Virus record (IMG/VR): IMGVR_UViG_3300025137_000025
Span: 1-64,000 of that record
Source: a virus
Length of the DNA stretch: 64,000 bases
Direction: 5' to 3' (one strand)
Shown in pieces: positions 35,300 through 44,599 of this stretch. A program made the translations under genes and the position numbers. Under the pieces are notes generated by a model, which was not told the origin of the DNA, searched no databases, and saw only the letters and a program-made list of their open reading frames with translations. Positions within the stretch are counted from its first letter, which is position 1. Every line of letters starts with the position of its first letter.

Positions 35300-35884
35300 A
35301 TGGTAAACGCAATTAACTCAGGTTCTCTGGAGACCTTAACTCCAGGACAAACGCTACTCCTCGCGGCGCGCAAAGTCGAGGGTAACAAAACTCAGTTAGA
35401 GTTTGCTGAAATTCTTCAACAAGAAGACAGACCAGTCAATGCTCTTGCAATGTTCAATCAATCCGATCCACGATTTAGTGCAGGAGGGAAACCTCGACGT
35501 GCTTGGATGAGTGTTCAAGCAGAAGATGCAGAAGTACTGCTTGGTGTCGACTTGACTACAGATTTCAGTACCAACGAAATGGGTCATGTTGTTAAGTCTC
35601 TTAACATCTTGAACCCAGAGGTAGACGGACAACGTCTGCGTCCTCAAATCGTTGAGACAACTGAGGCTACTCAGTGGCAGGCAGAAAACATCCACAAAGC
35701 TGCCAAGCGCAAAGGTAAAGACGGAGATTTCATCACCCACAAAGGGATGCATATCTTCACTCAGTCTACCGTTGTGATTGGGGAACCAACTAATGTGTTC
35801 CTAGACGCGGATGTAGCTGTATCAAACGCAGGTATTCTTGCTAACGGAAGCGTTAGTGTGAATACAGGAGAGATATTCTCCTAA
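35300..35884 (+). CDS. Highly expressed hypothetical protein (possibly ssDNA-binding)
   Basis: 194 aa, abundant-protein codon style, beta-rich, followed by terminators. Confidence 0.55.
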   Translation: MVNAINSGSLETLTPGQTLLLAARKVEGNKTQLEFAEILQQEDRPVNALAMFNQSDPRFSAGGKPRRAWMSVQAEDAEVLLGVDLTTDFSTNEMGHVVKSLNILNPEVDGQRLRPQIVETTEATQWQAENIHKAAKRKGKDGDFITHKGMHIFTQSTVVIGEPTNVFLDADVAVSNAGILANGSVSVNTGEIFS

Positions 35885-35947
35885 ACTGCACAAGCTCGTT
35901 ACACCAACAGTGTAATGGGAGTTTCGCGTAATGCGAGACCTTAGGAC

Positions 35948-35983
35948 GGGAGGGGGACTATAACAGTTCCCCTCTTTTCTTTT
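35948..35983 (+). terminator. Intrinsic terminator
   Basis: GGGAGGGGGACT-ATAAC-AGTTCCCCTCTT then TTCTTTT. Confidence 0.7.
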
Positions 35984-36047
35984 CCGCCAAGAGAGGTTTT
36001 GACAATTTCCTCCTCTTGACTTGTTTCATGGTATGAACAGGTGACAC

Positions 36048-36083
36048 GAATAGGCAGCTTGCGGAGGCTGTCTATTTATTTTT
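36048..36083 (+). terminator. Intrinsic terminator
   Basis: GAATAGGCAGCTT-GCGG-AGGCTGTCTATTT then ATTTTT. Confidence 0.7.
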
Positions 36084-36095
36084 AAACTTTAAATT

Positions 36096-36332
36096 ATGGG
36101 ATGGATGAAACTAGTTGCAAACATGCAAGAAAATAACACATTGACGTTATTAAAAGCGGCTTTAGACAAAGCGATAGAGTACAATTTGAAGTACGTTCAC
36201 TTTGACGGAGAGATTTTAACTACAGACAAAGCACGTGCTATCGTTACTTTGTTAGAAACTAAACAAAATGATCAAGTTCATAGGGAATCAGACACAATTA
36301 CCGAATTCTACCCCTACGTCTCAAAACAATGA
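36096..36332 (+). CDS. Hypothetical protein
   Basis: MGWMK N-terminus, AT-rich leader. Confidence 0.55.
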   Translation: MGWMKLVANMQENNTLTLLKAALDKAIEYNLKYVHFDGEILTTDKARAIVTLLETKQNDQVHRESDTITEFYPYVSKQ

Positions 36333-38178
36333 GATTCAACAAGGGACTATTAAAGAATGTAAAGAGTATTGCGAGACCCGTAGCGTTTTGGGGGTAGACA
36401 CTGAGACTGAGGGTTTTGACTTCACATGCAAGAAGATGATTATGTTTCAGATCGGGGATGAGCATCAACAATTTGTCGTCGATACAAGACATGTATCAAT
36501 AGAACCATTAAGAGAAATATTAGAGTCTAATGAAATTCAAAAGATATTCCACAACGCAAAGTTCGACTACAAATTCATCAAGCAATGGGCTGGGATTTCG
36601 GTACAAAACGTATACGACACCTATCTCACAGAGAGAGTATTACACTGCGGCAAACTCAATTTCGGTTACTCACTATCAAGATGCTGTGAGAGGTACATCG
36701 GTGTTACTTTGGACAAAGCGGAACGAAGCAAATTCGTTGGACTGCAAAGTCAGCCGTTCACGTACAATCAAATTACCTATGGTGCCAAAGACGTTGTTTA
36801 TCTGGTTCAAATTCGGGAGAAACAAAACAAGTTACTGGATGAAAGTGATTTATTTCAAGTTGCTGATCTAGAGAACAAGGCAGTTATTGTCTTTAGTGAG
36901 ATCGAATATGAAGGTTTGATTGTTGATAAAGACAGGTGGGTAGACTTGGCTAATGACAATTTAGAGTTGGCTAGCAGTTTAGAGCTGCAATTAGATAGAG
37001 AAGTAATAGAACATCCTAAGCTCAGTCCTCATTATCATGTCCCAGTACAACAGGATATGTTCTTGCCAGCAGAAGAGCACAGGGTTACAAACATTAAGTG
37101 GAGTTCACCTGCACAGATGTTAAAACTGTTTCAGTATCTAGTGCCTAAGCTTGAAGATGTCAACGGAAAGAACATATATAAGTACAGATACAAGCATCCT
37201 ATAATCAAAAGCTATATACGTTATAAAGAACTAAGCAAGTTAGCTAACGCTTACGGGAATAACTTCTTTAAGTATGTAAACTGTGATGGTAAGGTGCACA
37301 CAAACTTCTCTCAGATACTGGATACTGGTCGAGTTAGCTCAAGTGAGCCTAACATGCAGCAGATACCAGCTGATAATAAGTATCGTAACTGTTTTATATG
37401 CCCTGAGGGTTGGCTATTTGTATCTAGTGACTATAGTTCACAGGAGTTAAATGTTATCGCATTCGGTAGCAAAGACCCTGTATTCTTAGAAGCACTAGAA
37501 AAAGGTCAAGACTTGCACTCTGTATGTGCAGATCTTGTCTTTGAGGATGCATGGACAGATGCAGCTGAAGATAATTGCGCTTACATGCGTAATAAGTCTA
37601 AATGCAGCTGTCCTAAACACAAAGAGATGCGTACTAAAGTAAAAACTATCAACTTTGGTCTAGCCTATGGCATGGGACCACACAAGTTAAGTGACACACT
37701 TGGGATTTCTGTAAAAGAAGCTTCAGAGCTTATTGATAAATACTTTTCAGCATTCCCAAACATCAAGAAATTCCTTGAGATGCTAGGGAGATTTGGTAAA
37801 ATGAATGGCTATATTCGTACGTTCAAACCATTTAAGCGCAAACGTTTCTTCGATTACTGGGACGGTCCCAACACTCCTATGAAAGAGCTAGGTATGATTG
37901 AGCGTGCTAGCAAAAACACACCTATACAAGGTGCGTCTGCTGACATGACCAAGCTAGCTCTTATTAAGATTCACAATTACATACAAGACAATGATTTGTC
38001 AGACAGAGTCAAGATTATTATGACTGTGCATGACCAGATCGACACTATATGTAAAGAGAATATGGCAGAGGAGTGGAAAGACCGTATGACAAAGCTGATG
38101 GAAGATGCAGCACTGACTATTGTAACTAATGGTCTGTTAAAAGCAGACACAAACATTTCGAAAACATGGGAAAAATAA
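36268..38178 (+). CDS. polA: DNA polymerase, family A, with 3'-5' exonuclease
   Basis: Exo DTETEG, HNAKFD, YGAKD; pol TGRVSSSEPNMQQIP, DYSSQEL, KTINFGLAYG (Phe762-type), NTPIQGASAD, VHDQ. Confidence 0.96.
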   Translation: MIKFIGNQTQLPNSTPTSQNNEIQQGTIKECKEYCETRSVLGVDTETEGFDFTCKKMIMFQIGDEHQQFVVDTRHVSIEPLREILESNEIQKIFHNAKFDYKFIKQWAGISVQNVYDTYLTERVLHCGKLNFGYSLSRCCERYIGVTLDKAERSKFVGLQSQPFTYNQITYGAKDVVYLVQIREKQNKLLDESDLFQVADLENKAVIVFSEIEYEGLIVDKDRWVDLANDNLELASSLELQLDREVIEHPKLSPHYHVPVQQDMFLPAEEHRVTNIKWSSPAQMLKLFQYLVPKLEDVNGKNIYKYRYKHPIIKSYIRYKELSKLANAYGNNFFKYVNCDGKVHTNFSQILDTGRVSSSEPNMQQIPADNKYRNCFICPEGWLFVSSDYSSQELNVIAFGSKDPVFLEALEKGQDLHSVCADLVFEDAWTDAAEDNCAYMRNKSKCSCPKHKEMRTKVKTINFGLAYGMGPHKLSDTLGISVKEASELIDKYFSAFPNIKKFLEMLGRFGKMNGYIRTFKPFKRKRFFDYWDGPNTPMKELGMIERASKNTPIQGASADMTKLALIKIHNYIQDNDLSDRVKIIMTVHDQIDTICKENMAEEWKDRMTKLMEDAALTIVTNGLLKADTNISKTWEK

Positions 38179-38486
38179 GATTAGTAAAAATACCTACTGT
38201 AGTTATAAAACGTATTAACGGTAGAGTAAACAGCGTTACGGGTAGACACCGAACTGGGAAAGTATACACTGACGTTGAGGTTAAACAATACTTTAATATG
38301 TATATATCTGGCTATACTCTACAAGAGGTGGCTGAGCATTTTGAAGTATCACTTGGAAGAGTTGGGAACGCTTTATCAAAGCATGTAGGTATCATGCAGT
38401 ATTGGCAAAAACTTTCAAAAGAAAACAGGTATCGCAGACATGGGGAATTAGAGCTTATGCACGTAAAAGAATTTATAGAGCAATGA
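38166..38486 (+). CDS. HTH DNA-binding protein
   Basis: YISGYTLQEVAEHFEVSLGRVGNAL. Confidence 0.65.
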   Translation: MGKIRLVKIPTVVIKRINGRVNSVTGRHRTGKVYTDVEVKQYFNMYISGYTLQEVAEHFEVSLGRVGNALSKHVGIMQYWQKLSKENRYRRHGELELMHVKEFIEQ

Positions 38487-38587
38487 GTGAAGAACTACTA
38501 AGCAATTGCTGCGGGGCTACGAAACATGGAGATTTGGATTTATGTTCTGAATGTCTAGAGCATGCAGATTTCACAGGTGAATATTAA
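38483..38587 (+). CDS. Small Zn-finger-like protein
   Basis: MSEELLSNCCGA...CSECLEHA. Confidence 0.6.
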   Translation: MSEELLSNCCGATKHGDLDLCSECLEHADFTGEY

Positions 38588-38592
38588 ATAAA

Positions 38593-38739
38593 ATGAGTAA
38601 AGTCAAAATTAGATCAACAACTAAGCCTCAGTCCTCTTTTGCATCTTACGAAGAATGGACAGCTTGGACAATACAACGGTACAAAAATGAATGGAGTAAA
38701 AGAATGGAAAACTCGCACACAAAAACAGATAAGATTTAG
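38593..38739 (+). CDS. Hypothetical 48-aa protein (not in ORF track)
   Basis: MSKVKIRSTTKPQSSFASYEEWTAWTIQ...; AT-rich leader. Confidence 0.5.
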   Translation: MSKVKIRSTTKPQSSFASYEEWTAWTIQRYKNEWSKRMENSHTKTDKI

Positions 38740-38799
38740 TGAGTGTATGTCTGCAGCAGGGTGGGTAGGAATAATTATAACCTTTATATTACTTTGGAT

Positions 38800-39111
38800 A
38801 TGGAACTAGTAAACGAAGAATTTGAAGGAGACATAGGAGACTATGCTTTATCTATTGTTATGGAAGCTCGTGTAGTAGCTGTAGACAATGGTATAGGGGA
38901 TTACGAATTCTGGGGCACTAGAGGATATCACACAGATATTGTAAAGGAACTAGAATCTGCTCCCTATATAGAAGAAATGACACTGATTGATGAAGACTCT
39001 AATCAAATAGAGATTGGGGAAGAAGAAAAAAACCTCATTGATAAGTGGATTACACAAAATAGTAGCATAATAGAAGAAACGCTTCTTGAAAAAGCTATTA
39101 TTGATTGTTAA
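38800..39111 (+). CDS. Acidic hypothetical protein
   Basis: Likely start MELVNEE; DNGIGDYEFWG motif. Confidence 0.6.
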   Translation: MELVNEEFEGDIGDYALSIVMEARVVAVDNGIGDYEFWGTRGYHTDIVKELESAPYIEEMTLIDEDSNQIEIGEEEKNLIDKWITQNSSIIEETLLEKAIIDC

Positions 39112-39119
39112 GCTAACAT

Positions 39120-39193
39120 GCGCTTATAGCTCAGTCGGTTAGAGCATCCGACTCATAATCGGCAGGTCCTAGGTTCAAGTCCTAGTAGGCGCA
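39120..39193 (+). tRNA. tRNA with CAT anticodon (Ile2-like, or elongator Met)
   Basis: Full cloverleaf GCGCTTA...TAGGCGC-A; anticodon arm CCGA-CTCATAA-TCGG resembles the Ile2 type; no encoded CCA. Confidence 0.9.
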
Positions 39194-39195
39194 CT

Positions 39196-39251
39196 TATCT
39201 CGTCATTTATGACTGTCAAAGCGGCAACAGGTCACCGACACCTGTGGGGTA
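39196..39251 (+). ncRNA. Candidate 56-nt mini-cloverleaf (four-way junction) RNA
   Basis: TATCTC [GTCA-TTTA-TGAC][TGTC-AAAGC-GGCA][ACAGGT-CACCGAC-ACCTGT] GGGGTA. Confidence 0.4.
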
Positions 39252-39255
39252 TTAA

Positions 39256-39329
39256 GCTCTCTTAGCTCAGCTGGTTAGAGCATCTCACTTTTAATGAGAG
39301 GGTCCTGGGTTCGAGTCCCAGAGGGGGTA
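39256..39329 (+). tRNA. tRNA-Lys(TTT)
   Basis: Cloverleaf; anticodon arm TCTCA-CTTTTAA-TGAGA; T arm CTGGG-TTCGAGT-CCCAG. Confidence 0.92.
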
Positions 39330-39465
39330 CGACTATTATCTAACATCAATCACCTATACAAGATGTTAGAGTTTATGTAAGATAGGTTGCCCGACACCTT
39401 GTGGGTACAACGAATCAAGGTAGGGGAGATAAGTAGGTGCAAGATGCTTACTCTCCCCGATTTCT

Positions 39466-39539
<74 letters not shown>

Positions 39540-39567
39540 CAATCAAAATTTAAACACAAACAATTTA

Positions 39568-40089
39568 ATGGAGAACGAAGAAAATGTAACATCTCCTTGG
39601 GTGTACGCAGGGCTAAAACAGAGGTCACGTTTATTTTTGATAAACAGACACACAAGTAGCCATGCAGATCTTAATGGGATATTGGAGTGCTGTACTATAG
39701 TTTTTAGTGCATCACGAGATGACATATTGGGGAGCTGTCGTAAACATGAGTTTGCGCTTGCACGACACGCGTTTGTAAAGCTAGCTCGAGATAGGACACA
39801 CGAGTCTTATGCAGTTATAGCTGAATACTTAGGTAAAAGAAACCACGCAACTGCGGTTAACAGTTTTAAACAGGCTAATGTTTTAATTGAGACTTATCCG
39901 ATGTTTAGGGATAAATATGAAATGACAGCTAAACTGCTTAAAAAAGCTGAAACTATTAAAGAGGCGCATAACCTTGAGAAACTTTCAGAGAGACTTGAGT
40001 TAATTAAAAAATTTAAAATTGACGATAATGTTATTGAATACAAAAACAATGAAGAAAACATTAAGCATAAAAGATCAGAAACAGCGTGA
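39568..40089 (+). CDS. DnaA domain-IV (HTH) protein
   Basis: DILGSCRKHEFALARH....LAR..T..SY..IAEYLGKRNHATAV. Confidence 0.8.
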   Translation: MENEENVTSPWVYAGLKQRSRLFLINRHTSSHADLNGILECCTIVFSASRDDILGSCRKHEFALARHAFVKLARDRTHESYAVIAEYLGKRNHATAVNSFKQANVLIETYPMFRDKYEMTAKLLKKAETIKEAHNLEKLSERLELIKKFKIDDNVIEYKNNEENIKHKRSETA

Positions 40090-41200
40090 AGCACTTAATG
40101 CATGGGCATCTGCTGGCTGCAATGGGTCTATTATTGCTGGTACTGGTTTTGGGAAGTCCCGCTGTGGTGTACTTGCTACTAAATGGGCGTTAAAAGACGG
40201 AGGTAAAGCTATTGTGCTTGTACCTACTACACAGTTGCAAGATCAATTTGCAGAAGAGTTTAATAAGTGGGATGCAGGAGATCTTGTAAATACAAAACAG
40301 GTAGAGTTTGTGTGCTATCAGTCTGCGTACAAATTAGAGAACATGCATTACGATATTGTAGTGTGCGATGAGGTGCACTTAGGCATTAGCGAACAGTACC
40401 GTAAGTTCTTTGAGAACAACACTTATGACAAGCTTATCTGCATGACAGCTACTGTCCCTGAAGAAGATGAGTATCGTAAGTATCTTATGACACTGGCTCC
40501 TATACGATTTCATATCTCACTAGATGAGTGTGTAAACTTAGGATTAGTTAGCCCTTATGAGATTGTGTGTCTTCCTTTGGAGCTAAGCGACGAAGACAGA
40601 GCAGAATACAAGAAGGCTAACAATTTGTTTGTGCAAATGAAGTACAAGCTAGGAGGGTTTGATGTATTTACACATGCTCAAGGAATCTTAGCTGGGACTA
40701 GAGACGGAGACAAAGGTGCAGCAGCTCAGTATTTCAATGCAATACGCAGACGCAAAGCTGTTGTACAGCAAGCTAATGTCAAGATTGAGAAGGCTAAAGA
40801 ACTAATAGCAGATCATCCTGATGAGAAGATTCTTGTATTCTCTGGAGTCAATAGTTTTACTGATAAAATGGCTGAAGCTCTAGGGGGACTGCCTTATCAT
40901 TCAAAGCATACAAAGAAAGTACGAGAAGCTACACTTAGTCACTTCAGAGACGGTTCTAACAACGTCTTGTGCAGCACACAAGCACTTAACCAAGGCTTTG
41001 ATGTTCCTGATGCTTCTGTGGGTGTTATTGCTGGTCTTACTAGCAAGGCTCTGCCCATGATACAACGTGTAGGTAGATTGCTGCGATTAAGTACACCTGA
41101 TAAGATTGGGAAGATCTATATCATGTACATCAAAGATTCGCAGGAAGAAAAATGGTTACGAAATTCAGTTAAATCTTTAAACAATATAAAATGGCTTTAA
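40049..41200 (+). CDS. Superfamily 2 (DExH) helicase
   Basis: AGTGFGKS, VPT, DEVH, TAT, QGFDVP, QRVGR; likely start MKKTLS. Confidence 0.92.
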   Translation: MKKTLSIKDQKQREALNAWASAGCNGSIIAGTGFGKSRCGVLATKWALKDGGKAIVLVPTTQLQDQFAEEFNKWDAGDLVNTKQVEFVCYQSAYKLENMHYDIVVCDEVHLGISEQYRKFFENNTYDKLICMTATVPEEDEYRKYLMTLAPIRFHISLDECVNLGLVSPYEIVCLPLELSDEDRAEYKKANNLFVQMKYKLGGFDVFTHAQGILAGTRDGDKGAAAQYFNAIRRRKAVVQQANVKIEKAKELIADHPDEKILVFSGVNSFTDKMAEALGGLPYHSKHTKKVREATLSHFRDGSNNVLCSTQALNQGFDVPDASVGVIAGLTSKALPMIQRVGRLLRLSTPDKIGKIYIMYIKDSQEEKWLRNSVKSLNNIKWL

Positions 41201-41252
41201 AACATGTAAGTAAAACCGGTATAGACAGACACAACACATAATACTTTTCTTT

Positions 41253-41804
41253 ATGATCGTAGAGATTGGTATAAATAGTCTCAAAGATTTTGGGATAACT
41301 GCTGATGAATATGTATATTTACAGCTGTTACAAAGTGGTTCCCACGATGTCATAGACGATCTAAAGTTAGTTGTTAGGTTAGAAGTACTGCAAACCAAAG
41401 GCCTAGTTAAGCTGGGGGAGAGCACTGATCAACATGTCGTAAGAGATAAATTTAGCTCTGCTAATTCTACCCCTTTCGATCAAATGTGGTCAGAGCTTCT
41501 CTCCCACTTTCCTCTAAAGGTGTATGCAAATGGGGGTATGAGACCCCTTCGAGCCAAAGACCCTAACGCCTCAACAAATAATAAAGCCCGCAAGCAGTAC
41601 AAAAAGTACATAGGCGATAGCGTGGCTAAACATAAGGAGGTAATACGGTGCTTAGGTGTAGAGCTAGACCAAAGAAAGAAAGCTAACAATTTAGGTTATA
41701 TGCAGATGCTCAGCACATGGGTTAATCAGTATTCATGGGAAAAGTATCAAGACCTTACAGAATCTTTAGACAACAATGAGCGGCGCATCACAAGGGAACT
41801 CTAG
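41253..41804 (+). CDS. Putative replication initiator / helicase loader
   Basis: wHTH-like N-terminus, FDQMW...FP, YMQMLSTWVNQYSWE; upstream of DnaB. Confidence 0.55.
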   Translation: MIVEIGINSLKDFGITADEYVYLQLLQSGSHDVIDDLKLVVRLEVLQTKGLVKLGESTDQHVVRDKFSSANSTPFDQMWSELLSHFPLKVYANGGMRPLRAKDPNASTNNKARKQYKKYIGDSVAKHKEVIRCLGVELDQRKKANNLGYMQMLSTWVNQYSWEKYQDLTESLDNNERRITREL

Positions 41805-42717
41805 TCTCCCAAAACTTTTCCATATATCGAAGACAGTAGAGAAATCTATCAAAGATGTCCACGATGGTATGGCAGGCAAAAGACAAGTATACCCTACGTC
41901 TTGGCCCCGACTTAACAGAAATCTTATGGGTGGTTTACAACCAGGCAAGATGTATGTTATTGCAGGTCGTCCAGGTGTAGGTAAATCAGCATTTTCTAAT
42001 CAATTAATATTCGACATACTAGATGTAAACAAAAAAAAACAAAACGATCTCATAGTTATTTATTGGAGCTTTGAGATGCCTGGCGAACAGCAAATTCTTC
42101 GTGCAGGTTCAAAAGACACAAAACTGCAAACGTTTGATCTTTTGTCGGTAGAGAAAACTCTATCTACAGAATCGTTTGAACGATATAAGCAGGCCGTACA
42201 GAGATATAAGGAATATCCCATGTATTTCTGTAGTATCCCTCAAGACATGGCAATTATCAAAAAAGTCAACGAGGAGATGTTTTTACGACATCCTTCTAAA
42301 ACTGTCATCAATTTGATTGACCATTCACGATTAGTGCTAGGTCGAGAGGATACTGAATTACAGAAACTAAATACAGTTTCCAAGTCTTGCATGTGGATGC
42401 AGGCTAAAATGCAATCCATTACTATACTACTCTCACAACTGAATCGTAATATCGAGCAGGAGTACCGAGCCAAGCAGCAATATCAACCATTGCTTACTGA
42501 CCTCTTCGGAGGTGATTCTATTGGCCAGGACTCTCATGTAGTCATGATGCTACAGCGACCGTACGATTTGTATGGTATTACTGATTCGTATTGTGGACAA
42601 GACCCTGTAGGGTTACTTGCTTGTCACGTAGAGAAGAATCGTGATGGTTTGCTAGGTATGATTCCATTTCAAACAGATTTATCAACTTTTACAATTAATG
42701 AGCGAAGTAAAGATTAG
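41776..42717 (+). CDS. dnaB: DnaB-like replicative helicase (C-terminal RecA-type domain)
   Basis: AGRPGVGKS, SFEM, IDH, LSQLNR, IGQDS, EKNRDG. Confidence 0.92.
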   Translation: MSGASQGNSSLPKLFHISKTVEKSIKDVHDGMAGKRQVYPTSWPRLNRNLMGGLQPGKMYVIAGRPGVGKSAFSNQLIFDILDVNKKKQNDLIVIYWSFEMPGEQQILRAGSKDTKLQTFDLLSVEKTLSTESFERYKQAVQRYKEYPMYFCSIPQDMAIIKKVNEEMFLRHPSKTVINLIDHSRLVLGREDTELQKLNTVSKSCMWMQAKMQSITILLSQLNRNIEQEYRAKQQYQPLLTDLFGGDSIGQDSHVVMMLQRPYDLYGITDSYCGQDPVGLLACHVEKNRDGLLGMIPFQTDLSTFTINERSKD

Positions 42718-43411
42718 TCTTCCGACACAGAAAACAAAAGCTGTGCGGAAGTCTCCTAAAAACTTTGTCTTGTATGGTCAACCAAAGGTAGGTAAGACAT
42801 CCGCTCTAGCACAGCTAGACAATTGTCTTATCATAGACTTGGAAGACGGTACAGACATGTTAGATGCTTTGAAGATCAAAGCAAAAGACCTCAAACATCT
42901 TGCTGAGATAGGTAAAGAGGTATTAAAACAAGGCAAACCTTACAAGTATATTGCTATTGATACTGTTACACAACTTGAAGTCTGGTGTGAACCAGAAGCC
43001 AAGAAGTTGTATCAGAACACCCCTATGGGTAAGAACTTTGACAAAGACAACAAAGGTTTGTCTGTGTTAACTCTACCCAACGGCGGCGGTTATATGTATC
43101 TACGCATAGCTTTCAAGAAGTGGCTTGAGCGTTTAAATACTCTTGCAGACCATGTAATACTGGTCGGTCACCTCAAAGAGGCAAAGATTGAGAAGAAAGG
43201 TAAAGAGGTCGCCTATAAAGACCTTGACCTCACAGGAAAGATTCGCAACATTACCTGTGCTAATGCTGACGCCATTGGTTATGTATTTCGAGAAGACGAT
43301 ACTACTATGATTAGTTTCGATTCACTCGGTGACATACAAGCTGGCTCTCGTTGCGATCACCTTAAAGGACAAACGTTCCCGTTAGAATGGGACAAAATAT
43401 TTATTGATTAA
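42698..43411 (+). CDS. AAA ATPase (AAA_24 / Sak4-like)
   Basis: YGQPKVGKT, IDLEDG, IAIDT, ILVGH, DAIGY. Confidence 0.85.
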   Translation: MSEVKISLPTQKTKAVRKSPKNFVLYGQPKVGKTSALAQLDNCLIIDLEDGTDMLDALKIKAKDLKHLAEIGKEVLKQGKPYKYIAIDTVTQLEVWCEPEAKKLYQNTPMGKNFDKDNKGLSVLTLPNGGGYMYLRIAFKKWLERLNTLADHVILVGHLKEAKIEKKGKEVAYKDLDLTGKIRNITCANADAIGYVFREDDTTMISFDSLGDIQAGSRCDHLKGQTFPLEWDKIFID

Positions 43412-43421
43412 TTACGCTACT

Positions 43422-43784
43422 ATGATTGAAGCAAACCAACAAACGGAGCCTACCGTAGAAAAGCAAGAAACCCCAAAAGGGCAAGACCGTGTGATCAAAG
43501 TGTCACAGATTATTATCGATTTGGACAACGGACTAGGTCGTCCGCAAATCAAAGAGAAGTATAGTTTGACTGCTACTGAATTAAAAGCCTTGTTTCAAGT
43601 GCCTGTTCTTAAGAAGCGTCGTCCAAAACGTGCTTTAACTAAGATCTCCTTCACTCTTGTGGATGATGTAACTCCTGCAGAAGATGAGAATCAACTGCGT
43701 GTAGATGTTGAAGCACAACGAACTGAAGACAGTGTTTCTGAGAACGACTCAGAGACTTTTGACACCTTTGAAATCATTGACTAA
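43422..43784 (+). CDS. Hypothetical protein
   Basis: Between AAA ATPase and SSB-like gene; acidic tail. Confidence 0.6.
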   Translation: MIEANQQTEPTVEKQETPKGQDRVIKVSQIIIDLDNGLGRPQIKEKYSLTATELKALFQVPVLKKRRPKRALTKISFTLVDDVTPAEDENQLRVDVEAQRTEDSVSENDSETFDTFEIID

Positions 43785-44542
43785 TGGCTATTACCGCAAA
43801 TAATTCAAACGAAGAAGTAGCAGGAGGGAGTGGAATTCCTATGTTCGTAGGTATTGCACCTATGCAAGTAGTTGCCGTGAACCCTACACTCAAAGAGCTT
43901 AATGACCTTGGAATTCCAGCAAAGGTTGAGCCTGAGTATATAGGTGTTAACATTAACTCTGATACTTTCAACAAAATAACCTTCTGGGTTAAGTGCATTG
44001 AGCCTGAGTTCTTGACTCGCTTTGATGTACTAGTGAAGCCTGAGCATCGTGTTGCTAAATCTGGGAAACCTCAGTGGTGTAACTCTGTCGGTCAGTTTGC
44101 TTTTGCAGACCAGAAAGCATCAGAGGCGTATGACTGGTTCAAAGACACAGGTGTGCGTGAAGCGTACATTGGTGAAGAAACTTTGATGAGGTTTATTCAA
44201 GCTTATGCAAACGTAGCTAACGGAGATGAATGTGCATTTGAGACTATGGGTAAAATCATGGCAGGTGATGTAACTGAAGTTCGACAGCTTGTAAATGCAC
44301 TTTCTGAGAATAGAGTTCGTCTCTTGCTTGGTGTCAAAGATGGTAAGTACCAGCAGGTATACACCAAGCACTTTGGTAGACTTAAGCCGTTCCGTAAGGA
44401 TCTGTTTATCAAGCAGCTGAACGATGATTATGGTTCATTTAATGCAGAATACAACGCTAGCCTTGATTTAGAAAAGTATGTTCCTGGGTTGATTGCTCCT
44501 GATCCTGAGCCAGCAGTAGAGACAGCTGATAGCAATTGGTAA
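43784..44542 (+). CDS. Putative single-stranded DNA-binding protein
   Basis: VVAVNPT..EL, ITFWVK, YQQVYTKHF; acidic tail with terminal aromatic residue; located between Sak4-like ATPase and primase. Confidence 0.55.
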   Translation: MAITANNSNEEVAGGSGIPMFVGIAPMQVVAVNPTLKELNDLGIPAKVEPEYIGVNINSDTFNKITFWVKCIEPEFLTRFDVLVKPEHRVAKSGKPQWCNSVGQFAFADQKASEAYDWFKDTGVREAYIGEETLMRFIQAYANVANGDECAFETMGKIMAGDVTEVRQLVNALSENRVRLLLGVKDGKYQQVYTKHFGRLKPFRKDLFIKQLNDDYGSFNAEYNASLDLEKYVPGLIAPDPEPAVETADSNW

Positions 44543-44561
44543 GAATAGATATCTAGATAAT

Positions 44562-44592
44562 GGAGGGGACTTCGGTCCCCTTCTTTATTTTT
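44562..44592 (+). terminator. Intrinsic terminator (UUCG loop), overlapping a TATTTTTG -7 element
   Basis: GGAGGGGAC-TTCG-GTCCCCTTC then TTTATTTTT. Confidence 0.8.
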
Positions 44593-44599
44593 GCAGATT

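Noticed and set aside
23493-38178. Introns or inteins in TerL or PolA
   Set aside because: ORFs are continuous and of normal length; no intein C-terminal HN-[CST] junction or homing-endonuclease ORF recognised
42031-42039. A9 homopolymer in dnaB (and T-run near 9000) as a frameshift or phase-variation site
   Set aside because: Frames are intact and simply encode Lys runs; no alternative-frame product is evident
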